From: Clostridia bacterium
Lineage (GTDB): Bacteria; Bacillota; Clostridia; Christensenellales; UBA1242
DNA: 64,000 nucleotides
Assembly: GCA_045654505.1 (NCBI GenBank)
Contig: JAZONM010000009.1
Location: forward strand, 135 to 64,134
Direction of reading: 5' to 3'
The position numbers and the translations under genes are program-made. Each line of letters starts with the position of its first letter. Position 1 is the first letter of the stretch. Of the stretch, positions 39,457 through 48,522 are shown in pieces. The notes below the pieces were generated by a model. It worked only from the letters and a program-made list of their open reading frames with translations, did not search any database and was not told the origin of the DNA.

Positions 39457-40155
39457 ATGAGAATCAATCAATATTTGGCACACTGTGGTCTATGTAGTAG
39501 ACGTAAAGCTGAAGAGTATATATTGCAAGGCAAGGTTACATTGAATGGGGAGATTGTAAAAAATCTTGCCACAATTGTAAACAATGGTGATATTGTGGAG
39601 CATAACGGCAAAAAAATTGTTCCGGAGAATAATTTTGTCTATTATATGCTAAACAAACCAAAGGGTTATCTTTCTTCTGCTAGTGATGATAGAAATAGGC
39701 CGACAGTACTCAATATAGTGAAAGATAACAATAGAATATATCCCGTAGGTCGACTTGATTATAATACTGAGGGTCTTTTATTATTGACAAATGATGGTGA
39801 TTGGGCGAATAAAGTTATTCACCCACGTAATAATATTGAAAAAACATATGAAGTCTTATTAAAAACAAAACCCACATCGTCTCAAATTGCTGTACTTCAA
39901 CATGGGATGCTCATAGATGGTGTGCCTGTAAAGCCTTCTAGATTGGGTAAAGTAACAAACAGTGACGGATTGTTTAGAATGGAAATAAGTGTTATGGAAG
40001 GTAAAAACCGTGAAATTAGAAAACTTTTTGATAACGCTAAATGTAAAATTTTTGCTCTTAAACGCATAAGTATAGGTAAATTAAAACTTGGCGATCTTGG
40101 CACAAAGCAATATCGTAAGTTGTCTGAGAAAGAAAAAGAACTGATTTTTAAATAA
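39457..40155 (+). CDS. rluB: RsuA/RluB-family rRNA pseudouridine synthase
   Basis: S4 domain (MRINQYLAHCGLCSRRKAEEYI) and catalytic motif GRLDYNTEGLLLLTNDG. GGAG precedes the ATG at 39457. Confidence 0.85.
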   Translation: MRINQYLAHCGLCSRRKAEEYILQGKVTLNGEIVKNLATIVNNGDIVEHNGKKIVPENNFVYYMLNKPKGYLSSASDDRNRPTVLNIVKDNNRIYPVGRLDYNTEGLLLLTNDGDWANKVIHPRNNIEKTYEVLLKTKPTSSQIAVLQHGMLIDGVPVKPSRLGKVTNSDGLFRMEISVMEGKNREIRKLFDNAKCKIFALKRISIGKLKLGDLGTKQYRKLSEKEKELIFK

Positions 40156-40165
40156 GAGGTGAAAT

Positions 40166-40828
40166 ATGTACGCGATAGCAATAGATGGTCCATCTGCATC
40201 TGGAAAGGGCGCGATAAGTGATAAATTAAGTGAGATTTTGGGTATATTGCACTTAAATTCGGGTGCACTATACAGAGCGGTAGCGCACTTTGCCATAACA
40301 AATAAGCTATCTTTTGATAATCTTGATAACATTTATCAAAAACTTCAAACACATACTATCGATATTGATTTTAAAGATGGCAAACAACTTACATTATTAG
40401 ACGGTAATGATGTTACACCTTATCTATATACTTCTGAGGCGTCCTTAGGGTCAGCAAAAGTATCAAAGCATAGTGGAATAAGAAGTTTTGTACTTGAAGC
40501 ACAACTTAAGACTGCAAAAACCCATAGTCTTGTACTAGAAGGTAGAGATATCGGATCCGTTGTTTTGCCTAATGCAAAATACAAATTTTACCTTGATGCA
40601 AATCTGGAAGTTAGGGCTGAGCGAAGATTAAAAGATTTTATTGCAAGGGGTGAAAAACTCACTTATGATGATGTGAAGAATATGTTGAAAGAAAGAGATG
40701 AGGCAGATTTTACTCGTACCGTTTCTCCACTTGTTAGAGTGCCAGAAGCTATTTATATTGATAGTAGCTACATGACAATTGATGAGGTTGTCGACAAAAT
40801 ATTGAGTTATATTGAGGAGTATAAATGA
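40166..40828 (+). CDS. cmk: Cytidylate kinase
   Basis: P-loop IAIDGPSASGKG and GRDIGSVV. Confidence 0.9.
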   Translation: MYAIAIDGPSASGKGAISDKLSEILGILHLNSGALYRAVAHFAITNKLSFDNLDNIYQKLQTHTIDIDFKDGKQLTLLDGNDVTPYLYTSEASLGSAKVSKHSGIRSFVLEAQLKTAKTHSLVLEGRDIGSVVLPNAKYKFYLDANLEVRAERRLKDFIARGEKLTYDDVKNMLKERDEADFTRTVSPLVRVPEAIYIDSSYMTIDEVVDKILSYIEEYK

Positions 40829-41442
40829 TTTTTACAATTTGTTTTATTTTAGCTTTTATTCCAGTAACATTGTTTTTGCCTACAATTGTTAAAGGCAGGA
40901 AAAACCTTCCAAGAAAAGGTGGAGTGATATTGGCATGTAATCATCAATCTGCGCTAGATCCTGCTGTTATTGCTGTTAAACTTTGCAAACGCCGTTTTAA
41001 ATACATGGCTAAAAAGGAAGCTTTTGAGAAAAACAAATTTGTTGGTTGGTTGTTGAAAAAATTTGGAGGCTATCCAGTAGATAGAGAAGGTAATGACATT
41101 GCAGCTATAAAGAAAACCTTTAAGTTTTTGAAAGATGGTAAGGCTGTTTGTATATTTCCTGAGGGCCATCGTATTAAGGAAGAAAATGGTGGTGAGTTGA
41201 AAAACGGAGTTGTTATGATTTCACTCAAAACAAAAACACCTATTGTACCTTGTATCATACAAAAACGTCCTAGATTTTTTGTTTTTAATCGTATGAGGCT
41301 TGGAGAAGAGATCCGCTTATATGAGATGGATGAATTTAAGGATAAGAAAGTCGATAAAGAACTACTAGATAAGGCTAGTGAATATTTGACAAATAGATTT
41401 AATGAATTGAGAAATTCTTTTAAAAAGGCTAAGGAGGATTAA
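40825..41442 (+). CDS. plsC: 1-acyl-sn-glycerol-3-phosphate acyltransferase
   Basis: NHQSALDP (HX4D motif) and IFPEGHR. Confidence 0.8.
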   Translation: MIFTICFILAFIPVTLFLPTIVKGRKNLPRKGGVILACNHQSALDPAVIAVKLCKRRFKYMAKKEAFEKNKFVGWLLKKFGGYPVDREGNDIAAIKKTFKFLKDGKAVCIFPEGHRIKEENGGELKNGVVMISLKTKTPIVPCIIQKRPRFFVFNRMRLGEEIRLYEMDEFKDKKVDKELLDKASEYLTNRFNELRNSFKKAKED

Positions 41443-41443
41443 A

Positions 41444-43099
41444 ATGACAGATATTGAAATTGCTAGAAGTATTAAACCATTACATATTGGTAAGGTCGCA
41501 GAAAAACTCGGATTGAATGAAAATGAAATTGAGTTTTATGGCAGCAATAAAGCGAAAATCAATATAAACAATCTTAATCCTAAAGGAAAGCTTATATTGG
41601 TGACTGCAATCAATCCTACGAGCGCAGGTGAAGGCAAAACAACAGTTTCTATTGGATTGGCTGATGGATTGAATGAAATAGGAAAGAAAGTTTGTCTTGC
41701 ATTACGTGAGCCATCACTAGGCCCAGTATTTGGAATCAAGGGTGGTGCTACTGGAGGTGGATATTCTCAGATAGTTCCAATGGAAGATATAAATCTTCAT
41801 TTTACTGGTGATTTTCATGCAATTACTTCGGCAAACAACTTATTGTCTGCTATGATTGATAATCATATTCATCAAGGAAATCTCCTAAAACTTGATATAA
41901 ACAATATTTTCCACAAACGTTGTATTGATATGAATGACAGAGCACTTAGAATGATTGATTGTGCATTAGGTGGAAAATCAAATGGCGTTCCTCGCAGAGA
42001 TGTATTTAATATTACTAGTGCAAGCGAAGTTATGGCTATACTTTGTCTTGCAAAAGATATGGATGACCTTAAAATTCGACTTGGCGATATTATGATAGGT
42101 CTTAATCTTGATAGAAAACCAGTATATGCTAGAGATCTTAAAGCACATGAGGCTATGGCTATACTTTTGAAGGACGCGATAAAACCAAACCTTGTCCAAA
42201 CTTTGATTGGTACACCTGCGATTGTTCACTGTGGGCCTTTTGCTAATATTGCGCATGGTTGTAATTCTAATAATGCTACTAAGCTTGCTATGACACTAGC
42301 TGATTATTGTGTTACAGAAGCCGGTTTTGGAGCAGATTTGGGAGCGGAGAAATTTTTAGATGTAAAATGTAGAGTTGCGGGACTAAAACCAAATTGTGTA
42401 GTGGTTGTGGGTACAATACGCGCTCTTAAAATGCATGGCGGAGCTACAAAAGACTCTTTAAAAGAAGAAAATTTAGATGTTCTTGCGAAGGGATTGCCAA
42501 ACCTATTAAAACATATTGAAAATATAAAAAATGTATACAAATTGCCTGTAGTATGTGCAATAAATCAATTTGCATCAGATACTCAGGCTGAAATCGATAT
42601 GCTTAGCAAAGCCGTAGAAAATATAGGTGTAAAAGCAATTTTGTCAAATGTTTTTGGTGAAGGTGGTAAAGGTGCTGTTGAGTTGGCACATGCAGTTGTG
42701 GATTTGTGTGAAAAAGACAACAGTACTTTTGAAATGACATATAGCGACGAAGATGATGTTGAGACAAAAATAAAAAATGTTGCTCAAAAAATATATGGAG
42801 CAAGGGATATAGTTTTGCTCGATAAAGCAAAAGAAAGTCTTGCAAATATTGAAAATCTGAAAATTTCACATTATCCTATTGTTATTGCAAAAACTCAATA
42901 TTCTTTGAGTGATAATAAAAACTTACTTGGTAAACCTGAAAATTTTGATATTACTATACGTGACATTGAGATTAGAAATGGTGCAAAATTTTTGGTTGCT
43001 CTTGCTGGTGACATGATGTTGATGCCGGGGCTTTCAAAGACTCCTGCTGCTGTTAATATGACAATAACAAATGATGGTATAATTGATGGTTTGTTTTAA
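41444..43099 (+). CDS. fhs: Formate--tetrahydrofolate ligase
   Basis: Contains TAINPTSAGEGKTT, EPSLGPVFGIKGGATGGGYSQ and PFANIAHGCNS. Confidence 0.95.
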   Translation: MTDIEIARSIKPLHIGKVAEKLGLNENEIEFYGSNKAKININNLNPKGKLILVTAINPTSAGEGKTTVSIGLADGLNEIGKKVCLALREPSLGPVFGIKGGATGGGYSQIVPMEDINLHFTGDFHAITSANNLLSAMIDNHIHQGNLLKLDINNIFHKRCIDMNDRALRMIDCALGGKSNGVPRRDVFNITSASEVMAILCLAKDMDDLKIRLGDIMIGLNLDRKPVYARDLKAHEAMAILLKDAIKPNLVQTLIGTPAIVHCGPFANIAHGCNSNNATKLAMTLADYCVTEAGFGADLGAEKFLDVKCRVAGLKPNCVVVVGTIRALKMHGGATKDSLKEENLDVLAKGLPNLLKHIENIKNVYKLPVVCAINQFASDTQAEIDMLSKAVENIGVKAILSNVFGEGGKGAVELAHAVVDLCEKDNSTFEMTYSDEDDVETKIKNVAQKIYGARDIVLLDKAKESLANIENLKISHYPIVIAKTQYSLSDNKNLLGKPENFDITIRDIEIRNGAKFLVALAGDMMLMPGLSKTPAAVNMTITNDGIIDGLF

Positions 43100-43105
43100 A
43101 AAAAT

Positions 43106-43129
43106 AAAAGCACATTATTTTGTGCTTTT
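43106..43129. terminator. Bidirectional terminator between the convergent fhs and dagK-like genes
   Basis: Stem AAAAGCACA / TGTGCTTTT flanked by A- and T-runs. It overlaps the last codons of the minus-strand gene. Confidence 0.65.
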
Positions 43130-44062
43130 ATTTTTTATTTTTTCTTGGCTCTTTATTGTCTTTTCAGGTACAATTACTTTTATGCCTTCCTTAATTGTTC
43201 TAAATTTCATATTGCCATAAGATGATTTTTCACCATCAACATTGATTATTAGTCTTTTACTTGTGTGGATTGTAAAATCGTCTAGAGATAATTTTGTGAC
43301 CTTCTTACCATCTTTCAATGACCTTATATCAAATAAAAATATTTTGGCAATGGTAAGAAGACTGCTTATGTAATTTATAAATTTCGAATTTTTTCTCTTA
43401 ATTAAAACTACATCAACTTTCCCGTCTGAAAGGTCCGCTTTGCTATTTAGGATAAATCCAGCTGTCGATCGAGAATTGGATATAATCATCATAATATATT
43501 TGTCTTCAGCAAGAGTAGTGCCATCTTGCGAGATCTTTACATCGAAATCTGTTACATGAAATAATTCTTTCATACCATGGAAAAAATAAGCAATTTTTCC
43601 TAAAAACTTCTTATTTTTTTGTGTGGTGTCATAACTACTGCTAGTAAAGGCTCCCGCGCCACAAAAATAAATTCCATAATCATGATTTGATTTAAAAATA
43701 TCGTGTGTATAAACATTGTTTTCCTTCAAGATTCTAAATGCTTTTTTTAGTTTTCTTGGGATTCTCAATGATCTTGAAATATCATTTACTGTACCTGATG
43801 GAAGATATCCTATAATGGGTTGGTTTTCTTGTTCGGCCACACCGTTTACTATTTCATTAAAAGTTCCATCTCCACCAGAGACAATCAAGTAGTCGTATTT
43901 ACCACAAGCGTCTCTTGCAATTTCTCTTGCGTGTCCTTTTCTTTCGGTTGCTTTATATTCAACCTCATCATAGATTTTCTTCAATTCATCAATGATATAA
44001 TTGATTCTCTTTACCAAACCGCTTTTTCCGCTGTTTGGATTATATACAAACAAACATCTCAT
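43115..44062 (-). CDS. Diacylglycerol/lipid kinase (DagK/YegS family)
   Basis: Contains LFVYNPNSGK and the GGDGT motif (LIVSGGDGTFNEIVNG). Confidence 0.8.
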   Translation of the reverse strand: MRCLFVYNPNSGKSGLVKRINYIIDELKKIYDEVEYKATERKGHAREIARDACGKYDYLIVSGGDGTFNEIVNGVAEQENQPIIGYLPSGTVNDISRSLRIPRKLKKAFRILKENNVYTHDIFKSNHDYGIYFCGAGAFTSSSYDTTQKNKKFLGKIAYFFHGMKELFHVTDFDVKISQDGTTLAEDKYIMMIISNSRSTAGFILNSKADLSDGKVDVVLIKRKNSKFINYISSLLTIAKIFLFDIRSLKDGKKVTKLSLDDFTIHTSKRLIINVDGEKSSYGNMKFRTIKEGIKVIVPEKTIKSQEKIKNKSTK

Positions 44063-44267
44063 CTTTATTCTCTCACAAGTGATATTATATTCTACTTATG
44101 TATTATATAACTTTAATTTCAAATTGGCAAGTGATAAACAATATTGCAAATTAAAAGTAAATTGTCGTGTAATAAATAAACATAAACACGTATAAATATA
44201 CATATATACTTATTAAAAAACATTTTTAGTTTGTGATGTTATTTGTTATAATATCTAAGAGGTGAAT

Positions 44268-45062
44268 ATGAAAAGATTGGCTATAATGTATGATTGGGAC
44301 CAAACATTGTCTCCAAAATACATGTCTGAGTTTGGTTTGATTAAACCATTGGGATTTAGTTGTAATGAAGAATATTGGAATTACTGCAATAATGTAATTA
44401 CTAAGAAATATAATATGGAAAATGAATTATCTTTTCTTTATTCTATTATCGAAGGTGCTAAAAAACAAAACCTCAATTTGAATAGAGATTATATGCACGA
44501 AGTGGGCAGTCGAATTGAATACTATAATGGAGTAGAGGGGTGGTTTGACCGCATCAATGAATTCGGCAAAAAACATGATGTAATAGTGGAGCATTACATA
44601 ATATCTAGTGGTATATATGAAATTATTGAAGGAAGTAAAATATTCCCAAAATTCACGAAAGTATTTGCTTCTAGTTTTGCCTATGACTCCGATGGTAGAC
44701 CTTTTTGGCCAGCTTTTTCCGTAAACTATACAAACAAGACTCAATACATATTCCGTATCAAGAAGAACTTAATTCATGATCTAAATGATGATGGTGCCGT
44801 AAATAGAAAATACCGTAAAAAAGACAGTATTCCATACAGTAATATGATATATGTCGGCGATGGTCTTACGGATATACCTTGTATGAAAATTATTAAGGAA
44901 TATGGTGGTAATTCGATTTGCCTTTACGAGAAGGGTGGTGCTAGTGAAAATAAAGCAAAAACTATCAAACGTGAGGGCAGGGTCAATTTTGTAGCTGAAG
45001 CCGACTACAGTGAAAATTCGGACATAGATAAAATTGTTAAACATATTATTGAAAAACTTTGA
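44268..45062 (+). CDS. HAD-superfamily hydrolase
   Basis: N-terminal DxDxT-like motif (MYDWDQT) and C-terminal YVGDGLTDIPCM. GAGGTGA RBS precedes the ATG at 44268. Confidence 0.55.
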   Translation: MKRLAIMYDWDQTLSPKYMSEFGLIKPLGFSCNEEYWNYCNNVITKKYNMENELSFLYSIIEGAKKQNLNLNRDYMHEVGSRIEYYNGVEGWFDRINEFGKKHDVIVEHYIISSGIYEIIEGSKIFPKFTKVFASSFAYDSDGRPFWPAFSVNYTNKTQYIFRIKKNLIHDLNDDGAVNRKYRKKDSIPYSNMIYVGDGLTDIPCMKIIKEYGGNSICLYEKGGASENKAKTIKREGRVNFVAEADYSENSDIDKIVKHIIEKL

Positions 45063-45082
45063 TGAATAATTATACAAAAAAT

Positions 45083-45110
45083 AAAATCGCTTTTTGGGGC
45101 GATTTTTTTT
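45083..45110. terminator. Bidirectional terminator (HAD gene / sigF)
   Basis: Stem AAATCGC / GCGATTT flanked by A-rich and T9 tracts. Confidence 0.6.
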
Positions 45111-45835
45111 TAGCATAAGACCTCTTTTAGTTTTTTTAATATTTTACTTTCAAGTCTGCTTATTTGCACTTGCGAAACTCCAAGTTCTTCAGCAATTTCT
45201 TTTTGTGTCTTGTCTCTGAAATAACGAAGTATGATTATTTTCTTATCCCTTGGTGGTAAATGCTCGATAATTTTGTAAAGTGTGTGGTTGTCTATATCGT
45301 TTTCGATAGGTTGATCATTTTCTACTCGGTCTATTAGATACATGTCTTTTCCATCGTCTTCGTCACCAATTGTTGTGTTTAGAGATACTATTTGTTTTGA
45401 ACTTTCCATTGCGTATACGACTTCATTACTATCTATGCCAAAATATTTTGCTATTTCCTCTACAGTAGGAGATTTTTCGTTAGTGCTTGTGTATTCGTCT
45501 ACATATTTATTGATTTTCACGGCTAAGGTTTTTATTTTTCTTGATATTTTAATAATTCCGTTATCTCTCAAAAATCTTTTGATTTCACCAGCTATCATTG
45601 GTACGGCGTATGTCGAGAATTTTACATTAAATGATTTGTCAAAATTATTGATTGCTTTTAAAAAACCAAGACTGCCTAATTGAAATAAGTCGTCATAGTC
45701 TATGCCTTTATTGAGATATATTTTAATAACACTTTTAATAAGTGGAGAATTTTCACTTACTAATTTTTCTTTTGCATCTATATTATTCTTTTGCGCCTCT
45801 TCGATCAATTCGAGGGTGCGTGATGCATCAAGCAT
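45110..45835 (-). CDS. sigF: Sporulation sigma factor F
   Basis: Sigma-70 regions 2-4 (DDLFQLGSLGFLKAINNFD; KFSTYAVPMIAGEIKRFLRD; TQKEIAEELGVSQVQISRLE), downstream of spoIIAA/AB. GGAGG precedes the ATG at 45835. Confidence 0.85.
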   Translation of the reverse strand: MLDASRTLELIEEAQKNNIDAKEKLVSENSPLIKSVIKIYLNKGIDYDDLFQLGSLGFLKAINNFDKSFNVKFSTYAVPMIAGEIKRFLRDNGIIKISRKIKTLAVKINKYVDEYTSTNEKSPTVEEIAKYFGIDSNEVVYAMESSKQIVSLNTTIGDEDDGKDMYLIDRVENDQPIENDIDNHTLYKIIEHLPPRDKKIIILRYFRDKTQKEIAEELGVSQVQISRLESKILKKLKEVLC

Positions 45836-45836
45836 T

Positions 45837-46283
45837 TCAACCTCCCACAACCATATTCATAACTCCTACTTTTTTGTACATGGACACGATTACGCCTTTA
45901 TTAGGTGATGATATAACTTGTACACTGTCCATAAATCCTTCCATTACTGTAAAACCCATACCGCTACGTTCGGTTTCGGGTTTTGATGTGTAGAAGGGTT
46001 GTTTTGCCTGGTCAATGTCCTCAATGCCAATGCCATAATCTGTAACAGTTATGTAGACGTCATTGTCGGATATTTTTACGTTTACTATTACATCCCCTGT
46101 AGTTTTAGGGTAGGCGTGTACTATCGAATTGGTAATTGCTTCGCTTAAGGCTGTTTTTATATCGCCAATTTCTTCAATTGTCGGATTGATATTGGAGACA
46201 AAACTTGCGACACTAAGACGTGCAAAGCTTTCATTTTCCTTTATTGCGCTAAAACGTAGCGTCATTTCATTATTGTATGACAT
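45837..46283 (-). CDS. spoIIAB: Anti-sigma F factor (serine kinase) SpoIIAB
   Basis: GHKL ATPase motifs (LSEAITNSIVHAY; DYGIGIED; ERSGMGFTVM). Confidence 0.9.
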   Translation of the reverse strand: MSYNNEMTLRFSAIKENESFARLSVASFVSNINPTIEEIGDIKTALSEAITNSIVHAYPKTTGDVIVNVKISDNDVYITVTDYGIGIEDIDQAKQPFYTSKPETERSGMGFTVMEGFMDSVQVISSPNKGVIVSMYKKVGVMNMVVGG

Positions 46284-46292
46284 AATGTCCTC

Positions 46293-46601
46293 CTAGCTGA
46301 TTTTAGGCATGATTTCATATAGCCCGCTCATATTAAATATTTTTTCAATCTGTGAATTTGCATTTGTGATATATATGCTTTTATTTTTGTTTTTAAGAGC
46401 TTTGTATCGACCAATTAGTACGCCGATGCCGGTACTGTCCATGAATTCGAGTTGTGATAGGTCATATATTAGTTTATTGAAAGAAGTTTCCTTTATTATT
46501 TTATCAAGTATTTGTCGTGTATAATTTGCTGTATATTCGTCCAATTCGCCGCATAACATTATATATAGAGTGTTGTTGTACACTTTCTTTTTTATTTGCA
46601 T
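46293..46601 (-). CDS. spoIIAA: Anti-anti-sigma factor SpoIIAA (STAS)
   Basis: STAS domain with the phosphorylatable Ser context (FMDSTGIGVLIGRYK). AAGGAGG precedes the ATG at 46601. Confidence 0.85.
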   Translation of the reverse strand: MQIKKKVYNNTLYIMLCGELDEYTANYTRQILDKIIKETSFNKLIYDLSQLEFMDSTGIGVLIGRYKALKNKNKSIYITNANSQIEKIFNMSGLYEIMPKIS

Positions 46602-46663
46602 TTTATCCTCCTTCATGTTTATTTCATTATATCAAAATAATGTTTGCATATTTTTAGAGGTAT

Positions 46664-46670
46664 TGTCGAA
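46664..46670. promoter_or_regulatory. Perfect Spo0A-box heptamer upstream of spoIIAA
   Basis: TGTCGAA on the plus strand (TTCGACA on the gene strand), about 65 nt upstream of the spoIIAA start. Confidence 0.4.
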
Positions 46671-46732
46671 TAGACACTTTTCTTGACTAAAATCAATATA
46701 GTAAAATATGTTGAAAATTTCTAAAAATTCCC

Positions 46733-46761
46733 TTGACAATATGAATAGGATATAGTAAAAT
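46733..46761 (+). promoter_or_regulatory. sigmaA-type promoter of the tRNA array
   Basis: TTGACA, 17-nt spacer, TAAAAT, about 25 nt before tRNA-Pro. Confidence 0.6.
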
Positions 46762-46785
46762 CTTTTCGTTATCGTAAGAGAGTTT

Positions 46786-46862
46786 CGGGGTGTAGCGCAG
46801 TTTGGTAGCGCACTTGATTTGGGATCAAGGGGCCGGGAGTTCGAGTCTCTTCACCCCGACCA
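46786..46862 (+). tRNA. tRNA-Pro (anticodon TGG)
   Basis: Acceptor stem CGGGGTG/CACCCCG, anticodon loop TTTGGGA, T-loop GGGAGTTCGAGTCTCTT, encoded CCA. Confidence 0.9.
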
Positions 46863-46881
46863 ATATCTTTATGATAAAAGA

Positions 46882-46958
46882 GGGCGTTTAGCTCAGTTGG
46901 TTAGAGCAACCGGCTCATAACCGGTCGGTCCGGGGTTCAAGTCCCTGAACGCCCACCA
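46882..46958 (+). tRNA. tRNA with anticodon CAT (elongator Met or lysidine-modified Ile2)
   Basis: Acceptor stem GGGCGTT/AACGCCC and anticodon arm ACCGG-CTCATAA-CCGGT. The paired 1:72 position argues against an initiator. The overall sequence resembles Bacillus tRNA-Ile(CAU). Confidence 0.85.
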
Positions 46959-46971
46959 CATTTTTAACTAT

Positions 46972-47048
46972 GGCCTGGTAGTTCAGCTGGTTAGAACGCT
47001 AGCGTGTCACGCTAGAGGTCGAGGGTTCGAGTCCCTACCAGGTCGCCA
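46972..47048 (+). tRNA. tRNA-Asp (anticodon GTC)
   Basis: Acceptor stem GGCCTGG/CCAGGTC, anticodon loop GTGTCAC, encoded CCA. Confidence 0.9.
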
Positions 47049-47058
47049 TTCATAATGT

Positions 47059-47134
<76 letters not shown>

Positions 47135-47166
47135 TTTATGAGTTTTAATTAAATATTTTGTTTTGT

Positions 47167-47242
<76 letters not shown>

Positions 47243-47283
47243 TTTTTAGCTATTGCATTTTTACTACAATGGTTAAAAAAATC

Positions 47284-47368
47284 GGGAGGTTTGCAGACCG
47301 GCCAAATGCAACAGACTGTAAATCTGTCGTCTCAGACTTCGGTGGTTCGAATCCACCACCTCCCACCA
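47284..47368 (+). tRNA. tRNA-Tyr (anticodon GTA, long variable arm)
   Basis: Acceptor stem GGGAGGT/ACCTCCC, anticodon arm ACAGA-CTGTAAA-TCTGT, a 13-nt variable arm, encoded CCA. Confidence 0.9.
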
Positions 47369-47376
47369 TAAAGAAA

Positions 47377-47418
47377 CCATAATATTGATACGAAAAATAT
47401 CGGTATTATGGCTTTTTT
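47377..47418 (+). terminator. Rho-independent terminator of the tRNA array
   Basis: 14-bp imperfect stem CCATAATATTGATA / TATCGGTATTATGG followed by T6. Confidence 0.8.
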
Positions 47419-47473
47419 ATTGCTAAAATAGGGGTATTTTACCCTTTTTCATAGGTTTTACAGCAAAAAATTT

Positions 47474-47514
47474 AGGCTTGCCGGGATAGTTTTCATCCTC
47501 GCAAGCCTTTTTTG
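47474..47514 (+). terminator. Orphan terminator-like hairpin
   Basis: Stem AGGCTTGC / GCAAGCCT (extended by GGGAT/ATCCT) followed by T6GT5. There is no ORF upstream of it. Confidence 0.5.
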
Positions 47515-47606
47515 TTTTTAGCCATAAAAAATAAATCGTTCACTTTATACCCCTTTCGTTCAATTTATGGGGTATCGTTCAATTGCTGATTTGCTGAATA
47601 AACGCC

Positions 47607-47635
47607 TTGTTTTTAGTTGGTTTTTATGGTATAAT
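47607..47635 (+). promoter_or_regulatory. sigmaA promoter with extended -10 for the SGNH gene
   Basis: TTGTTT, 17-nt spacer, TATAAT preceded by TGG (TGnTATAAT). Confidence 0.5.
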
Positions 47636-47704
47636 ATACTCACTGAAAAAATAAGAGTTTGACGGCCACTTTTAAGATGATTAACAAATTAGGAAGGGAT
47701 CTTT

Positions 47705-48421
47705 ATGACTAAAAAGAGGAAGATTATTCTTGCAACGGTAGTGTTCTCTATTTTATTGGCTATAGGGGTAAGTCTTACATATATTTTTGCTGTGGCATTG
47801 CCGCAAAAGCGAGATAAGGAGCAATTATTAAAAGCGGTGCAGGAGTATTATGACGCAAAGCTTGCTATGTATACAGCGGAAAACGAGAAATATGATGACT
47901 ATGAGGTGGACGTTGCATTCCTTGGCGACAGCCTTACCGACGGATACGATCTTGAAAAATACTTTCCGCAATATCTTGTTCTTAATCGCGGAATTGGTGG
48001 TGAAACGACCTTTGGTCTTGAAAAACGTCTTAAGGTATCGGTTTATGATTTAAAGCCTAAAGTGGCAGTAATGCTCATAGGGGCAAACAACTTTGATACA
48101 ATGTTTGATAACTATGAAAATATTTTGAAGGGATTTAAGGAAAATCTGCCAAATACCAAAATAGTATTGCTATCTCTTACATCTATGAGTCAGGAATGGG
48201 GCAAAAATAATCAAAAAGCAGCTTATAACAACGTTATAATAAAGCTCCTGTCAGAAAAATACGGATACGAATTTGTCGATCTTTATTCACCACTTTTGAA
48301 TCTTGAAACAGGTGAAATATATGCAGAATATACGACCGATGGCGGTCACTTAACATCCGCAGGATACGAGGTTCTTACAAATACGATAACTCCCGCACTC
48401 GAACAACTATTAGGTAGATAA
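47705..48421 (+). CDS. Membrane-anchored SGNH/GDSL-family hydrolase (lipase/esterase/acetyl-esterase type)
   Basis: N-terminal TM. Block I FLGDSLTDGY (catalytic Ser), block II NRGIGGET, block III GANN, block V DGGHLT. Confidence 0.8.
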   Translation: MTKKRKIILATVVFSILLAIGVSLTYIFAVALPQKRDKEQLLKAVQEYYDAKLAMYTAENEKYDDYEVDVAFLGDSLTDGYDLEKYFPQYLVLNRGIGGETTFGLEKRLKVSVYDLKPKVAVMLIGANNFDTMFDNYENILKGFKENLPNTKIVLLSLTSMSQEWGKNNQKAAYNNVIIKLLSEKYGYEFVDLYSPLLNLETGEIYAEYTTDGGHLTSAGYEVLTNTITPALEQLLGR

Positions 48422-48522
48422 CTGCGCTTAACAGCATTACAAATTCCAATTTATCTAACTAAAATGGGTGCAAACCCTTGTAGCAAGATGCACCCATATT
48501 AATGTTTGTTGTTTGTGTTTTT

